Assembly: GCA_963826535.1 (NCBI GenBank)
Contig: CAWGXL010000011.1
Coordinates: 128,809 to 192,808, forward strand
Origin: an uncultured bacterium
Lineage (GTDB): Bacteria; Patescibacteriota; Microgenomatia; Levybacterales; UBA12049
Direction: 5' to 3'
DNA: 64,000 bases
The notes beneath the pieces were generated by a model, which was not told the DNA's origin, made no database searches, and saw only the letters and a program-made list of their open reading frames with translations. Shown here piece by piece: positions 1 to 9,989 of this stretch. A program made the translations under genes and the position numbers. Numbering within the stretch: position 1 is the first letter of the stretch; each line of letters starts with the position of its first letter.

Positions 1-1
1 A

Positions 2-259
2 GTGCTTGCAATACTCGAAAAATTGCGCTTGTCACCTATTGCAGCATGGCATTATAAAACAATGCCGGTCGCCTCTTATGTCGCGATTGATAAAGCCGAG
101 AAATTGCTCGATTGGCATCCAAAAAAATCAAATAAGCAGCTATTTTTGGAAAGTTATTTATGGTATAAAAAAAATAGAGCCAAAGTCATAAATCGAGTCG
201 GCAACACACATAGGGTGGGATGGAATTTTAAGATTTTAAATTTAGTGTCCAGATTTTAA
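2..259 (+). CDS. C-terminal part of a probable NAD-dependent epimerase/dehydratase (5' truncated by window)
   Basis: IDKAEKLLDWHPKKSN resembles the C-terminus of extended SDRs; ORF runs off the left edge. Confidence 0.55.
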   Translation: MLAILEKLRLSPIAAWHYKTMPVASYVAIDKAEKLLDWHPKKSNKQLFLESYLWYKKNRAKVINRVGNTHRVGWNFKILNLVSRF

Positions 260-292
260 AAATATCTTACGCTTTAAGCACTATTTGAAATG

Positions 293-405
293 TTGTCATT
301 CCGAGCGTAGTCGAGGAATCTCACACCGCAGATCTGTTAAAACAAATTAGTGGTATGAGATCCCTCCACTGCTCCCGATTAAATCGGGATTGGTCGGGAT
401 GACAA
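293..405. repeat. REP/RPE-like composite palindromic element
   Basis: TTGTCATTCCGA...TCGGGATGACAA terminal inverted repeats; internal hairpin TCCCGATTAAATCGGGA (373-389). Confidence 0.8.
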
Positions 406-423
406 TCTTGTAACTTTTAAACT

Positions 424-963
424 ATGAATATCGGTTTCGATTTAGACAATGTATTTATCAATACCCCGCCTTTTATTCCAAAATCTTTTATAGATAAGCT
501 ATATAAAAAAAGAGACAATGGAATATTGTTATATAGAATACCCGGTAAGTCCGAACAAATTGTGAGAAAATTAAGCCACTTGTCCCTTTTCCGGCCTGCA
601 ATAAAAGAGAATTTGGTGTTTCTTCAAAGTCTCCCCAAAGACAAAAACAAATTATATTTAATCTCCAGTAGATTCAAATTTTTAGAGAACAGAACAAATA
701 GAATAATACAAAAATACCATTTATATAAAATTTTTGATGGCATGTATTTTAATTTTTCCAATGAGCAGCCGCATATTTTTAAAAACAGAATTATTAAAAA
801 TCTAAAACTTGACTATTATATTGACGACGACTTATCCCTTTTAAAATACGTCGCTCAACTTAACCCAAAAACTAAATTTTTCTGGCTCGACCATGCCAAA
901 GAAAAGCGGTCACTTGAGAAAAATATTACTAGCATTTCTAAACTTTCAAAAATTTTCTCATAA
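424..963 (+). CDS. HAD-superfamily hydrolase, 5'(3')-deoxyribonucleotidase-like
   Basis: IGFDLDNV (DxD motif I), ISSR (motif II), YYIDD (motif IV). Confidence 0.7.
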   Translation: MNIGFDLDNVFINTPPFIPKSFIDKLYKKRDNGILLYRIPGKSEQIVRKLSHLSLFRPAIKENLVFLQSLPKDKNKLYLISSRFKFLENRTNRIIQKYHLYKIFDGMYFNFSNEQPHIFKNRIIKNLKLDYYIDDDLSLLKYVAQLNPKTKFFWLDHAKEKRSLEKNITSISKLSKIFS

Positions 964-965
964 TT

Positions 966-3260
966 ATGAATCCTTCCGATATATATGCAGTTCTACAATG
1001 GTGGTTGACCATCTTTATTATAGGTACCGGCTTCCTGCCGATTACGCTTTTGCTCTTCTCTAGTTTTTTTGACAAAGGGTATATTTTCTCCAAAGTTCTA
1101 GGAGTCGCTATAGCTTCATATGCTGTTTTTATTTTCGGCATCCTTCATCTTGTGCCTTTCAACCAAATAACAGCGTTTTTTGTTTTTTTATTTGTTGCTA
1201 TTGTGTTTACTTATTTTCTTCCAATGAAATGGCATGTTATTTATTTATTGAAACATAATTGGAAAATATTTATTTTTGAAGAGATTTTCTTTTTAGTCGC
1301 GATTTTTACTTGGGTCTATATTCATAGTTATAATCCGGATATTCATGGGCTGGAGAAATATATGGACTATGGGTTTATAAATTCAATACTGCGAGCCGAT
1401 TACTTCCCTCCAAAAGATATGTGGTTCCCGCCTGAGTTGATCAATTACTATTACTACGGTCATTTTATTACCGCATTTCTCACCAAACTCTCCGGGGTGC
1501 CTTCAGCTCTCACGTTTAATATCATGTTATCAACTATTTTTGCATGGTGCCTGACTGAGACATTCTCGATCGGCGCGAATCTATTCACATTCGCGCATAA
1601 AAAATTGCCGCAGGCAAAAATTAAATTTAAGCTGATCGTAGCAGGTTTATTAACTGCGCTTTTGACAACACTAGGCGGAAATTTGCATATCATCTACGCG
1701 TTTTTCGCACCGTATAAAACCGATAACCCAAAACCATTCTGGGAATTGGATTTTTTACCTTTGACTTTTCCGAACTCTTATTGGTACCCCAATGCCACAA
1801 GATATATTTATAATACAATTCATGAATTTCCGATTTATTCCTGGGTTGTTGCAGATGTGCACGGACACGTCCTGGATATTCCGTTTGTCCTTTTAATTAT
1901 AGCTTTGCTTTTAGCGCTATTTATTAAGGCAGATCCATCTGCTGAAGAGGAAATAACTGATGAAAAGTGGCACAAGTCCTGGATCATGCACGCCAAATTA
2001 AGACGATTTACAGCTAATTTCTCACTTCACCCACTCTCAATCATTCTTTTGGGTTTTTTGCTTGCTATAATGTATATGACCAACGCATGGGATGGAGCAA
2101 TCTATTTACTGCTAGTAGCACTTGTGATTTTTTACTTAGTTCGGGAAAGAATAAGCGAAGAGTCCAATGCATCACTTGTATCAGAACGCCCAAAACTTGA
2201 TATCATTGCAGCAAAAGGACAACGCCGCCCCAAATTCAAAATTCCTAAATCATTCTGGTTGTTTTATATTCGTTTATTTGTACCCATTATTCTAGTAGTA
2301 ACTACTTTTATAATTTTTTCTTTTCCCTATAACCATTATTTTAAACCTTTTGTTTCCGGAATTGGAGTTCTTTGTGCACCGTCTTTTCTAACGAAAATAG
2401 GTCAATTGGGGCCATTTATATTTGAAGCGGAACACTGTCAGCGTTCATTTTGGTGGGAATTTTTAATGCTATATGGATTCTTCTACTTTTTTGTTTTTAC
2501 GTTCATAATATACCTGGTTTGGAAAAAAAAGATTCTACGTATAGATGTGTTCGTACTGCTTTTAATTATCCTTTCATCACTTCTGATTTTTCTGCCGGAA
2601 TTCATCTATGTAAAAGATATATATCCTGCGCATTTTCGGGCTAACACTATGTTTAAATTGGTATTCCAAGCATTTATTATGCTCTCGCTTGTAAGTGTGT
2701 ATGTTATTGCGAGAATTTCACAAAGTCGTGTGCGTTTTATCTTTTTCCCAATTTCACTTGTTTTAATTATGCTAGTAATGACCTACCCGTATATGGCTAT
2801 TGGTTCATATTATGGGGATTTAAAAGCATATAAAGGACTGCATGGGACCACATATTTAAATACGCTTTATCCCAGCGATTATGCCGGAATTTTATGGCTT
2901 AATGCCTATGTAAAAGGTCAGCCTGTAATTTTGGAAGCACAAGGTGATTCTTATACTGATTATGCACGTGTTTCTGCAAATACGGGTCTACCAACAGTAC
3001 TGGGATGGACGGTACACGAATGGCTCTGGAGAGGAGAATACAGTATTCCGGCACCCAGGATTACAGATATAACAAATATATATGAAACTAATGATTTAGA
3101 TGTAGCTAAAAAATTGCTGAAAAAATATAAGGTAAAATACGTCTTTATCGGTACAATGGAATACGAAAAATATCCCAATCTTGATGAGAAAAAATTTGAG
3201 AAATTAGGAAAAGTGGTTTTTCAACAAGATAAAACTAAAATATATGAAATTTTAAGGTGA
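966..3260 (+). CDS. DUF2298 / YYY-family polytopic membrane protein (GT-C-like)
   Basis: GLEKYMD, PPKDMW, INYYYYGH, HEFP, DVHGH, RANTMFK, TGLPTVLGW motifs; many TM segments. Confidence 0.8.
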   Translation: MNPSDIYAVLQWWLTIFIIGTGFLPITLLLFSSFFDKGYIFSKVLGVAIASYAVFIFGILHLVPFNQITAFFVFLFVAIVFTYFLPMKWHVIYLLKHNWKIFIFEEIFFLVAIFTWVYIHSYNPDIHGLEKYMDYGFINSILRADYFPPKDMWFPPELINYYYYGHFITAFLTKLSGVPSALTFNIMLSTIFAWCLTETFSIGANLFTFAHKKLPQAKIKFKLIVAGLLTALLTTLGGNLHIIYAFFAPYKTDNPKPFWELDFLPLTFPNSYWYPNATRYIYNTIHEFPIYSWVVADVHGHVLDIPFVLLIIALLLALFIKADPSAEEEITDEKWHKSWIMHAKLRRFTANFSLHPLSIILLGFLLAIMYMTNAWDGAIYLLLVALVIFYLVRERISEESNASLVSERPKLDIIAAKGQRRPKFKIPKSFWLFYIRLFVPIILVVTTFIIFSFPYNHYFKPFVSGIGVLCAPSFLTKIGQLGPFIFEAEHCQRSFWWEFLMLYGFFYFFVFTFIIYLVWKKKILRIDVFVLLLIILSSLLIFLPEFIYVKDIYPAHFRANTMFKLVFQAFIMLSLVSVYVIARISQSRVRFIFFPISLVLIMLVMTYPYMAIGSYYGDLKAYKGLHGTTYLNTLYPSDYAGILWLNAYVKGQPVILEAQGDSYTDYARVSANTGLPTVLGWTVHEWLWRGEYSIPAPRITDITNIYETNDLDVAKKLLKKYKVKYVFIGTMEYEKYPNLDEKKFEKLGKVVFQQDKTKIYEILR

Positions 3261-3273
3261 AATTTATTCCTAT

Positions 3274-3762
3274 ATGCCAGAACACAGTGAGGGCGTTCCA
3301 GTATCTGAAGAAGAATTCTCTCAGGAGATACTGAAAGAATCAGTAGGTCATTTAAAGGATAAATTTGAAATGCAATTTGAAACTTCTAGAATAAATAAAT
3401 ATGGAATTAGGATGGATAAATATAGAGGAAAGTCATCGATAGTGGATCCTAACTCTTTAAGCGTATATTATCAAAATGATCAAAATTTTCTTCGTATAGG
3501 TGAACCATTATGGAAGATAGATAAACCAAATAAAGATAGAGTGGAAATTTATAGAGTCAAAGGTAACATAACAGAAGGAATAATTATAGAAACAAGAGCG
3601 CCCTACTTAGTACAATATGAATATACACAGTTTAGCCATTACGATTTGAACTCTCCTAAAGCAAAAAGTGAGGTGGAGGAAAATGTACTGATTAAAAATA
3701 CCCAAGGCACTATTTTAAAGGCTGAGGGGTTAATCTCAGACATTCCCCAGGTTTTAAAATGA
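3274..3762 (+). CDS. hypothetical protein
   Basis: 162-aa ORF directly after the previous gene, no recognised motif. Confidence 0.55.
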   Translation: MPEHSEGVPVSEEEFSQEILKESVGHLKDKFEMQFETSRINKYGIRMDKYRGKSSIVDPNSLSVYYQNDQNFLRIGEPLWKIDKPNKDRVEIYRVKGNITEGIIIETRAPYLVQYEYTQFSHYDLNSPKAKSEVEENVLIKNTQGTILKAEGLISDIPQVLK

Positions 3763-3855
3763 TTTAAGTTTATCAAGGTTGAATCCATATATTTTGTGAC
3801 AATTGTAAAAGTCGCATTAGAAAATTAACACAACTTGCAATATTATGATGAAGAA

Positions 3856-4995
3856 TTATGGTGAAGGTTTTTTGGAAGTGATGTTGCTGCAGTTGCCTTT
3901 ATTTATTTCACAATCAACATATTTCTTAATTTCTGAATAGTTTCCATTACCTGCGGCCGGGATAAGTACCCATTGCATTCCATACTCATCTCTAGTCTGC
4001 GGTATCATAAGTAACCCGGCCCGGCCGGTTATACTATCTCCGGTATCCAGAATAGCGCTTTTAATTTTGGCTTCTTGTAACTTTTGGGTAAGTCTAATGA
4101 AGTCATCATATTCATCTTCCTTGATATCGCTTGCAACGCTATCCTTTACAACATTAATTAGATCTAAAGCTATGACTGGGTTAAGAAGTACATCTAGGGA
4201 AAATATTTTCTCTTTAAAAGCTTCAATTATTTTCTCCTGCCTAATCGAGCGGGCAAAATCAGATCCTTCCTGGCCAAGCGCGTGACGTGAACGAACATAT
4301 TTTAGTGCTGTTGTTCCATCCATAAGAGAGGAACCTTTATCAAAATGCAGATGTTCATACCTGCAAGGAAAAAACTCAGACTCGGTCGCACTACCTGTAG
4401 CAATTTGCGCTGAAAAGGAGGCAATATCTGTTTCATTAAATCCACAGGGGTCCACTTCTTTGCCGGTAACCGGATATGCGTAATCATCAAAAGCGCGATC
4501 AACTGTGACATCAAGTCCTCCAAGCTTATCAACCGCTTTTGTAAATCCATCAAAGTCAATTTTTATAGCATAATCAACATCCAAACCAAGTACTTTTCCG
4601 ACAATTGCCTTGGCCATTAATAATCCTCCACCTTTCTGCTCCATTTCTCCATAAGTATAGGCGGAGTTAATTTTTGCTTTAAGTTCAGGTGCCCAAAGAT
4701 CGCGCGGAATTGAAACAAGCAAGGCATTTTTAGTATTTGGATCAATGGTGGCAAAAATAATCGTATCGGTCAGATCAGGGCCCTCATGTACCCCGCCTCC
4801 AACACCTAGAAGAAGAACATTAATCCGTTTTTTTTCCGTCTGTTTTAATTCAATTTTATTGTTCGTAACTACCTGTACGCCTATTGAAAAATATTTCCAA
4901 GCCTTAACTCCTATTATTCCAAGAATCACTATAAAAAAAACAATTAACACCAAGACTCCCTTGTTTAAATTCTTTGAATTTCGTTGAGTTCGCAT
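3856..4995 (-). CDS. LCP (LytR-CpsA-Psr) family protein
   Basis: N-terminal TM; NVLLLG, TDTII, SIPRDL, KINSAY, YVRSRH, SDFARSIRQ. Confidence 0.9.
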   Translation of the reverse strand: MRTQRNSKNLNKGVLVLIVFFIVILGIIGVKAWKYFSIGVQVVTNNKIELKQTEKKRINVLLLGVGGGVHEGPDLTDTIIFATIDPNTKNALLVSIPRDLWAPELKAKINSAYTYGEMEQKGGGLLMAKAIVGKVLGLDVDYAIKIDFDGFTKAVDKLGGLDVTVDRAFDDYAYPVTGKEVDPCGFNETDIASFSAQIATGSATESEFFPCRYEHLHFDKGSSLMDGTTALKYVRSRHALGQEGSDFARSIRQEKIIEAFKEKIFSLDVLLNPVIALDLINVVKDSVASDIKEDEYDDFIRLTQKLQEAKIKSAILDTGDSITGRAGLLMIPQTRDEYGMQWVLIPAAGNGNYSEIKKYVDCEINKGNCSNITSKKPSP

Positions 4996-5001
4996 AAATA
5001 G

Positions 5002-5676
5002 CTAGAGAGAAGCGTTTTTGATCAGGTCTGTGAATTTAAGCGCATCGAGACTGGCGGCGCCTATTAACGCGCCGCTAATATGTTCCATTTGCACAAAACT
5101 CCGAATGTTTGCGCTGGTCACACTACCCCCGTAAAGCACAGAGGTAATGTTCGGATATTTATTTATAATCATGCCCGCTACCCTTTGCGCGTTTTCAGGC
5201 GTATCAGGATTGCCGGTTCCGATTGCGGTAGGCGGTTCATAAGCTACTAAACTAACTCCAACTGGCACAACGGTATTCTCATTTTGAATGCAATAAATTG
5301 GTGTTAAACCCGCTACCAGTGCCTGTGTAACTTTTGCAGCAAGCATCGCATCGTCCTCCTTAAAATTAATCCGTCTTTCGGAATGACCGATAATCGTATA
5401 GTCTGCGAATTCTTTAACCTGTTTGGCGTTAACCTCGCCAGTATAAGCGCCCTGTTCAAAAGGGGAAAGATCTTGTGCCCCGAGTGCGAGTTGCATTTTA
5501 TGATCATTTATCCAAGAATGCACATACGGAAGGAGCGTAAACGCAGGACAGAGAATAATTTCTTTGTCCTCGAATTTATTATTTGAAGTTATATCAAGGA
5601 ATGCTTTCAGCCAATCATGAGCTTCTTGGCTGTTCTTGTTTGATTTCCAGTTGGCAATGAGAAAAACCTTCTTCAT
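5002..5676 (-). CDS. tpiA: triosephosphate isomerase
   Basis: ANWK, GAYTGE, IGHSERR, AYEP, LYGGSV. Confidence 0.95.
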   Translation of the reverse strand: MKKVFLIANWKSNKNSQEAHDWLKAFLDITSNNKFEDKEIILCPAFTLLPYVHSWINDHKMQLALGAQDLSPFEQGAYTGEVNAKQVKEFADYTIIGHSERRINFKEDDAMLAAKVTQALVAGLTPIYCIQNENTVVPVGVSLVAYEPPTAIGTGNPDTPENAQRVAGMIINKYPNITSVLYGGSVTSANIRSFVQMEHISGALIGAASLDALKFTDLIKNASL

Positions 5677-5720
5677 GTGATAAAATTTGATATAGGAATT
5701 AAGTTTAATTATTATACTCT

Positions 5721-7550
5721 ATGACAGACACACTACTCAAGGATTTAAATCCGCAGCAGCAAAAAGCGGTATTGCAAACAGATGGGCCAACAATAATACT
5801 CGCGGGTGCGGGAAGCGGAAAAACCCGTGTTCTCATGTATAAAGTAATATATTTAATGCTGGTAAAAAAGATTCCCCCCGAATCAATATTGGCAGTCACA
5901 TTTACCAACAAAGCTGCTAATGAAATGAAAGAGCGGATCGCGCGATATCTATTGGAAAACAGTCTGGATAAATTACAGGGAAAGCCCTGGCTCTCAACGT
6001 TCCATTCGCTCTGTGCGAAAATACTGCGCATTGATGGCAAGCATATCGGCTTCTCACCGAAATTCGCAATCTATGATTCTCAAGACCAGATTGAAGCGAC
6101 CAAAGTGGCAATGAACAAGCTTATGATTTCGACAAAAGACTTTAAACCATCATCCATACATGCGACTATTTCATCTGCTAAAAACGAACTAATTACGAGC
6201 GAGGATTATCCGATATATGCGAGGGGATATTTTCAAGAGACAGTCGCCAAAATTTACCCTGTGTATCAATCACTGCTGAAAGAAAACGATGCGCTTGATT
6301 TCGATGATTTAATCTTACTAACGATCCGGTTATTTAAGGAAAATGAACAAGTTCTTAAAAAATATCAAGCCCGGTTTGAATATTTACTAGTAGACGAATA
6401 TCAGGATACCAACAGGGCTCAATATTTGCTAACGCGACTCTTAAGCGCGAAATATCAAAATATTTGTGTAGTCGGGGATTTCTCACAAAGTATATATAGC
6501 TGGCGGGGAGCCGACTACCGCAACCTTATACGATTCAAAGACGACTATAAGGGCACAAAGACATTTTCCCTGGAGCAAAATTACCGTTCAACCCAAATAA
6601 TTCTAGATGGAGCAACAACTATTGTCGGGAAGAATATGTCGCATCCGATACTCAAACTCTGGACAAAAAATCCGCAAGGCGAGGAAATAGAAATTTACGA
6701 AGCGAATAGTGAACAGGATGAAGCAGAATTTATTATTCGTAAAATTATAGAGCTGAATATAAAAAGTTTACATGAGGTGGCTGTTTTATATCGTACCAAC
6801 GCCCAATCCCGTGTACTCGAAGAAGTATTGCTGCATCATTCGGTCCCATATATTCTCATTGGGGGTATCAGATTCTACGAGCGCAAGGAAGTAAAAGACG
6901 TGCTCTCCTATCTTCGACTTATTGATAACCCCAAAGATATGATCTCCTACCGCAGAGCGGAAAAGCTTGGGAAGGGCAGGCTCGCCAAATTTCTGGAATA
7001 CCAAAATAAAATTGAAAGTAAAAGTAATATTAAAACTATTGATGTTTTAGACGGGGTTTTAAAAGCAACACAATATCTGGATTTATATGATGAGAAAATT
7101 GTAGAAGACAGTACGCGCCTCGAAAACATAAAAGAACTTCGCTCAGTCGCAATCAGTTTTCCTGATTTGACAGACTTTTTGGAAAATGTAGCGTTGGTTG
7201 AACAGGAATATTTATCCGATAAGACAAAAAACCTGCCTGCCGGCAGGCAGGAGAATGCGATCACGCTCATGACGCTACACGCTGCTAAAGGGCTGGAATT
7301 CCCGGCTGTTTTTATGATCGGCATGGAAGAAGGACTTTTTCCCCATAGCCGGAGTCTTATGGATAGACATGAACTTGAGGAAGAACGCCGCCTTTGTTAT
7401 GTTGGCATGACGCGCGCTAAAGATAAACTATTCCTGACATATGCGAGAAGGAGACTATTTTTTGGGCAGCGAACGAGTAATACCATTTCCCGTTTTCTGC
7501 TAGAATTACCTGAACATTTAGTTATCAAAAAGGAAACAGTTGAGTACTAG
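5721..7550 (+). CDS. pcrA: UvrD/PcrA SF1 DNA helicase
   Basis: AGAGSGKT, TFTNKAA, VDEYQD, QNYRS, HAAKGLEF, EERRLCYVGMTRA. Confidence 0.93.
   Translation: MTDTLLKDLNPQQQKAVLQTDGPTIILAGAGSGKTRVLMYKVIYLMLVKKIPPESILAVTFTNKAANEMKERIARYLLENSLDKLQGKPWLSTFHSLCAKILRIDGKHIGFSPKFAIYDSQDQIEATKVAMNKLMISTKDFKPSSIHATISSAKNELITSEDYPIYARGYFQETVAKIYPVYQSLLKENDALDFDDLILLTIRLFKENEQVLKKYQARFEYLLVDEYQDTNRAQYLLTRLLSAKYQNICVVGDFSQSIYSWRGADYRNLIRFKDDYKGTKTFSLEQNYRSTQIILDGATTIVGKNMSHPILKLWTKNPQGEEIEIYEANSEQDEAEFIIRKIIELNIKSLHEVAVLYRTNAQSRVLEEVLLHHSVPYILIGGIRFYERKEVKDVLSYLRLIDNPKDMISYRRAEKLGKGRLAKFLEYQNKIESKSNIKTIDVLDGVLKATQYLDLYDEKIVEDSTRLENIKELRSVAISFPDLTDFLENVALVEQEYLSDKTKNLPAGRQENAITLMTLHAAKGLEFPAVFMIGMEEGLFPHSRSLMDRHELEEERRLCYVGMTRAKDKLFLTYARRRLFFGQRTSNTISRFLLELPEHLVIKKETVEY
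7232..7251. repeat. 20-bp perfect palindrome CCTGCCTGCCGGCAGGCAGG inside pcrA
   Basis: self-complementary; identical copy at 45508-45527. Confidence 0.85.
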
Positions 7551-7552
7551 TT

Positions 7553-8590
7553 ATGGAGATCCGTGTAATTACAGAAAAAGAGAGAGATGCATATAATGCT
7601 GTTGTTATTCATCCCCTCCAGTCTTTTGAATGGGGAGAATTTCGGGAGAAAACCGGAATCAAAGTCGTACGCCGTGCCTTTATTGAAAAAGAAAAAATAG
7701 TAAATGGCTTTTCGCTTACAATTCACAAAATCCCCCACACGCAATTTAATATCGGCTATCTTCCAAAAGGAAATATGCCGGATCAAGAATTATTGAAAGA
7801 ATTACAAAAAATTGGTAGAGCGGAAAAATGTATTTTCATTCAGCTTGAACCAAATGTTCAAAAAAATTCAGGTCAACCATCAACCATCAACCATAAATTA
7901 TTAGCACCAGCTGCCCATCCCCTATTTACTAAATATACATTTTTTTTAGACTTAACTAAATCCGAGGATGAGCTGTTAAAAGTTATGCATCCGAAGGCAC
8001 GTTACAATATTCGGGTTGCTATCAAGCATGGTGTTGAAATTATTGAAGAGAATTCCAAAAATGCGTTTGATGAATATTGGAGACTTATGGAAGAAACAAC
8101 CAGGAGACAAGGTTTTTATGCGCACTCCGAAAAGTATCATCGATTGATGTGGGAAACATTAGATAAAACAAAAATCAAAAATCAAAAATCAAAACAAATT
8201 AATGAATTAACCGCTCATTTGTTAACAGCTAGATATAAAGACAAAATTCTGACCGCCTGGATTCTTTTTGTCTTCAAAGACACCATATATTATCCATATG
8301 GCGCGTCAAGTAATGAAAATAGAGAAGTAATGGCAAGTAATTTGATCATGTGGGAGGCAATACGCTTTGGGAAAAAATTGGGATTAAAGAAATTTGATAT
8401 GTGGGGCGCGCTCGGTCCAAATCCAGATCGCAAAGATCCATGGTTTGGGTTTCATACTTTTAAAGAGAAATATGCACCGGAACATGTGGAATTCATCGGG
8501 AGTTACGATCTGGTAATTAATCCATTACTTTATCAAGTTTATAAACTCGTAGACAAACTCCGCTGGTTTTATTTGAAATTGAAAAAATAA
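7553..8590 (+). CDS. FemABX family peptidoglycan bridge aminoacyltransferase
   Basis: HPLQSFEWGEF, KARYNIR, YYPYGAS, FDMWG, GFHTFKEKY. Confidence 0.88.
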   Translation: MEIRVITEKERDAYNAVVIHPLQSFEWGEFREKTGIKVVRRAFIEKEKIVNGFSLTIHKIPHTQFNIGYLPKGNMPDQELLKELQKIGRAEKCIFIQLEPNVQKNSGQPSTINHKLLAPAAHPLFTKYTFFLDLTKSEDELLKVMHPKARYNIRVAIKHGVEIIEENSKNAFDEYWRLMEETTRRQGFYAHSEKYHRLMWETLDKTKIKNQKSKQINELTAHLLTARYKDKILTAWILFVFKDTIYYPYGASSNENREVMASNLIMWEAIRFGKKLGLKKFDMWGALGPNPDRKDPWFGFHTFKEKYAPEHVEFIGSYDLVINPLLYQVYKLVDKLRWFYLKLKK

Positions 8591-8631
8591 GATATCAAAT
8601 AATAAGTTACGGATTCTTCTGTTTTTTAATT

Positions 8632-9036
8632 TTATTGAGGTAAACCCAAATGCTTTTCAATTTTTGTAACTCGTCTATCCAGCTTAGTATCACCCTCATC
8701 ATAATTTCTGGCAATAATATCAACAGTTTTTCTAAGCCAGTGCAGATCTTTTTTGATCAGCTTTAATTTTTTCTCAACAACCTTTTCAATTCTTGGCTCA
8801 AGACTACCATCAATTCTATTTATATCTTCCTTAACCCCATTTAAATCTTTTCTAACACTACTTATATCTTCTTTAACACTACTTATATCTTCTTTAATAG
8901 GCTTGAGTTTTTCTTCAATAACAGAATCAATCCCCTTAATATCCTCCTTAACAGGTTTAAGTTTAGCTTCAACCACGGAGTCAATCTCCTCGTGCATGAT
9001 GGATCTTATTTCTGTTAAATCATTTTTCGTCAACAT
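8632..9036 (-). CDS. coiled-coil hypothetical protein with heptad repeats
   Basis: MLTKNDL start; VKEDISS repeats from a 21-bp tandem repeat (8853-8894); RVTKIEKHLG end. Confidence 0.7.
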   Translation of the reverse strand: MLTKNDLTEIRSIMHEEIDSVVEAKLKPVKEDIKGIDSVIEEKLKPIKEDISSVKEDISSVRKDLNGVKEDINRIDGSLEPRIEKVVEKKLKLIKKDLHWLRKTVDIIARNYDEGDTKLDRRVTKIEKHLGLPQ

Positions 9037-9101
9037 AGAATTATATTATTAATAAAGAAGGGGCTTATTACAAGAGGGCAAACTATATCAAAAAGAGAGG
9101 A

Positions 9102-9638
9102 CTATTTTTTATTTTTTGGAATTTCATAGAGATAGATTTCATTTTTTAAATCTTGATGAATTATCGGCATATCAAGTTTATATACAACGGTGACAATACG
9201 CGTACCGGGCTTAAGTTCCTTAAGCAATTTCGGACGAAGCTTGGCCAGAGCTTTGGGTACAAGATACATAAAGACGACTGTCGCCTCTGTTATATCTGAG
9301 CTGAAAAAGTTTTTTCTGATAATTTTAACTTTCTTCCATTGACCGCTCAGCAAAACCATAAGCTTGGCAAGCGCTACACGCAAAGGATCTATCTCGACCC
9401 CGACTGCACGCGCACCAAACTCCTTTGCTGCGGTAATCAAAAACATTGCGTCGCCTGAACCAAGATCATATACAACATCATTTTTACCAATTTTTGCAAA
9501 CTTACATACGAGCCGTGAACGTTTGCTATCCGTGCGCCACCATGGGGACCAGGGACTATCCGGAGGCCAAACCATAGATAATAAGAAAACTAATAAAAGG
9601 ATGGTTACAAATAGGATTAAATAAGTAATGAGCTCCAT
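9102..9638 (-). CDS. class I SAM-dependent methyltransferase with N-terminal TM
   Basis: VVYDLGSGDA, GVEID, VFMYL, ELKPGTRIV. Confidence 0.85.
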   Translation of the reverse strand: MELITYLILFVTILLLVFLLSMVWPPDSPWSPWWRTDSKRSRLVCKFAKIGKNDVVYDLGSGDAMFLITAAKEFGARAVGVEIDPLRVALAKLMVLLSGQWKKVKIIRKNFFSSDITEATVVFMYLVPKALAKLRPKLLKELKPGTRIVTVVYKLDMPIIHQDLKNEIYLYEIPKNKK

Positions 9639-9641
9639 CTA

Positions 9642-9989
9642 TTATAAAAATACTTTCCCTATAATACTCTTCTTTTCTATCATACCAAATTTTCGGCTAT
9701 CAGTGCTTGCGTTTGTGTTATCTCCAGTGACAAAATATGTATTGTTTTCAATTTTTTGAATTCGTTTAATCAGTATCTTTCCATCGCGTGGATCTATAAG
9801 CGCAATAATATCAAATATTTGGGGATTTTTAAAAATGTAAGCAAACCTGTTAACCAACACCGTAGAGTTGTTTTGAAATGTTGGAACCATACTATTTCCT
9901 AAAATTCTAAATCTGTAAATAGGGGAAAAATTAAGAAAAAAAGCTCTAAACAGATTTTGTCTTCTTGAAGACAACATCGATTTCATCAA
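9642..9989 (-). CDS. sodX: nickel SOD maturation protease (S26 family); start uncertain
   Basis: GNSMVPT, IKRI, GDN...STDSRKFG, IIGKV; directly downstream of sodN. Confidence 0.85.
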   Translation of the reverse strand: MMKSMLSSRRQNLFRAFFLNFSPIYRFRILGNSMVPTFQNNSTVLVNRFAYIFKNPQIFDIIALIDPRDGKILIKRIQKIENNTYFVTGDNTNASTDSRKFGMIEKKSIIGKVFL

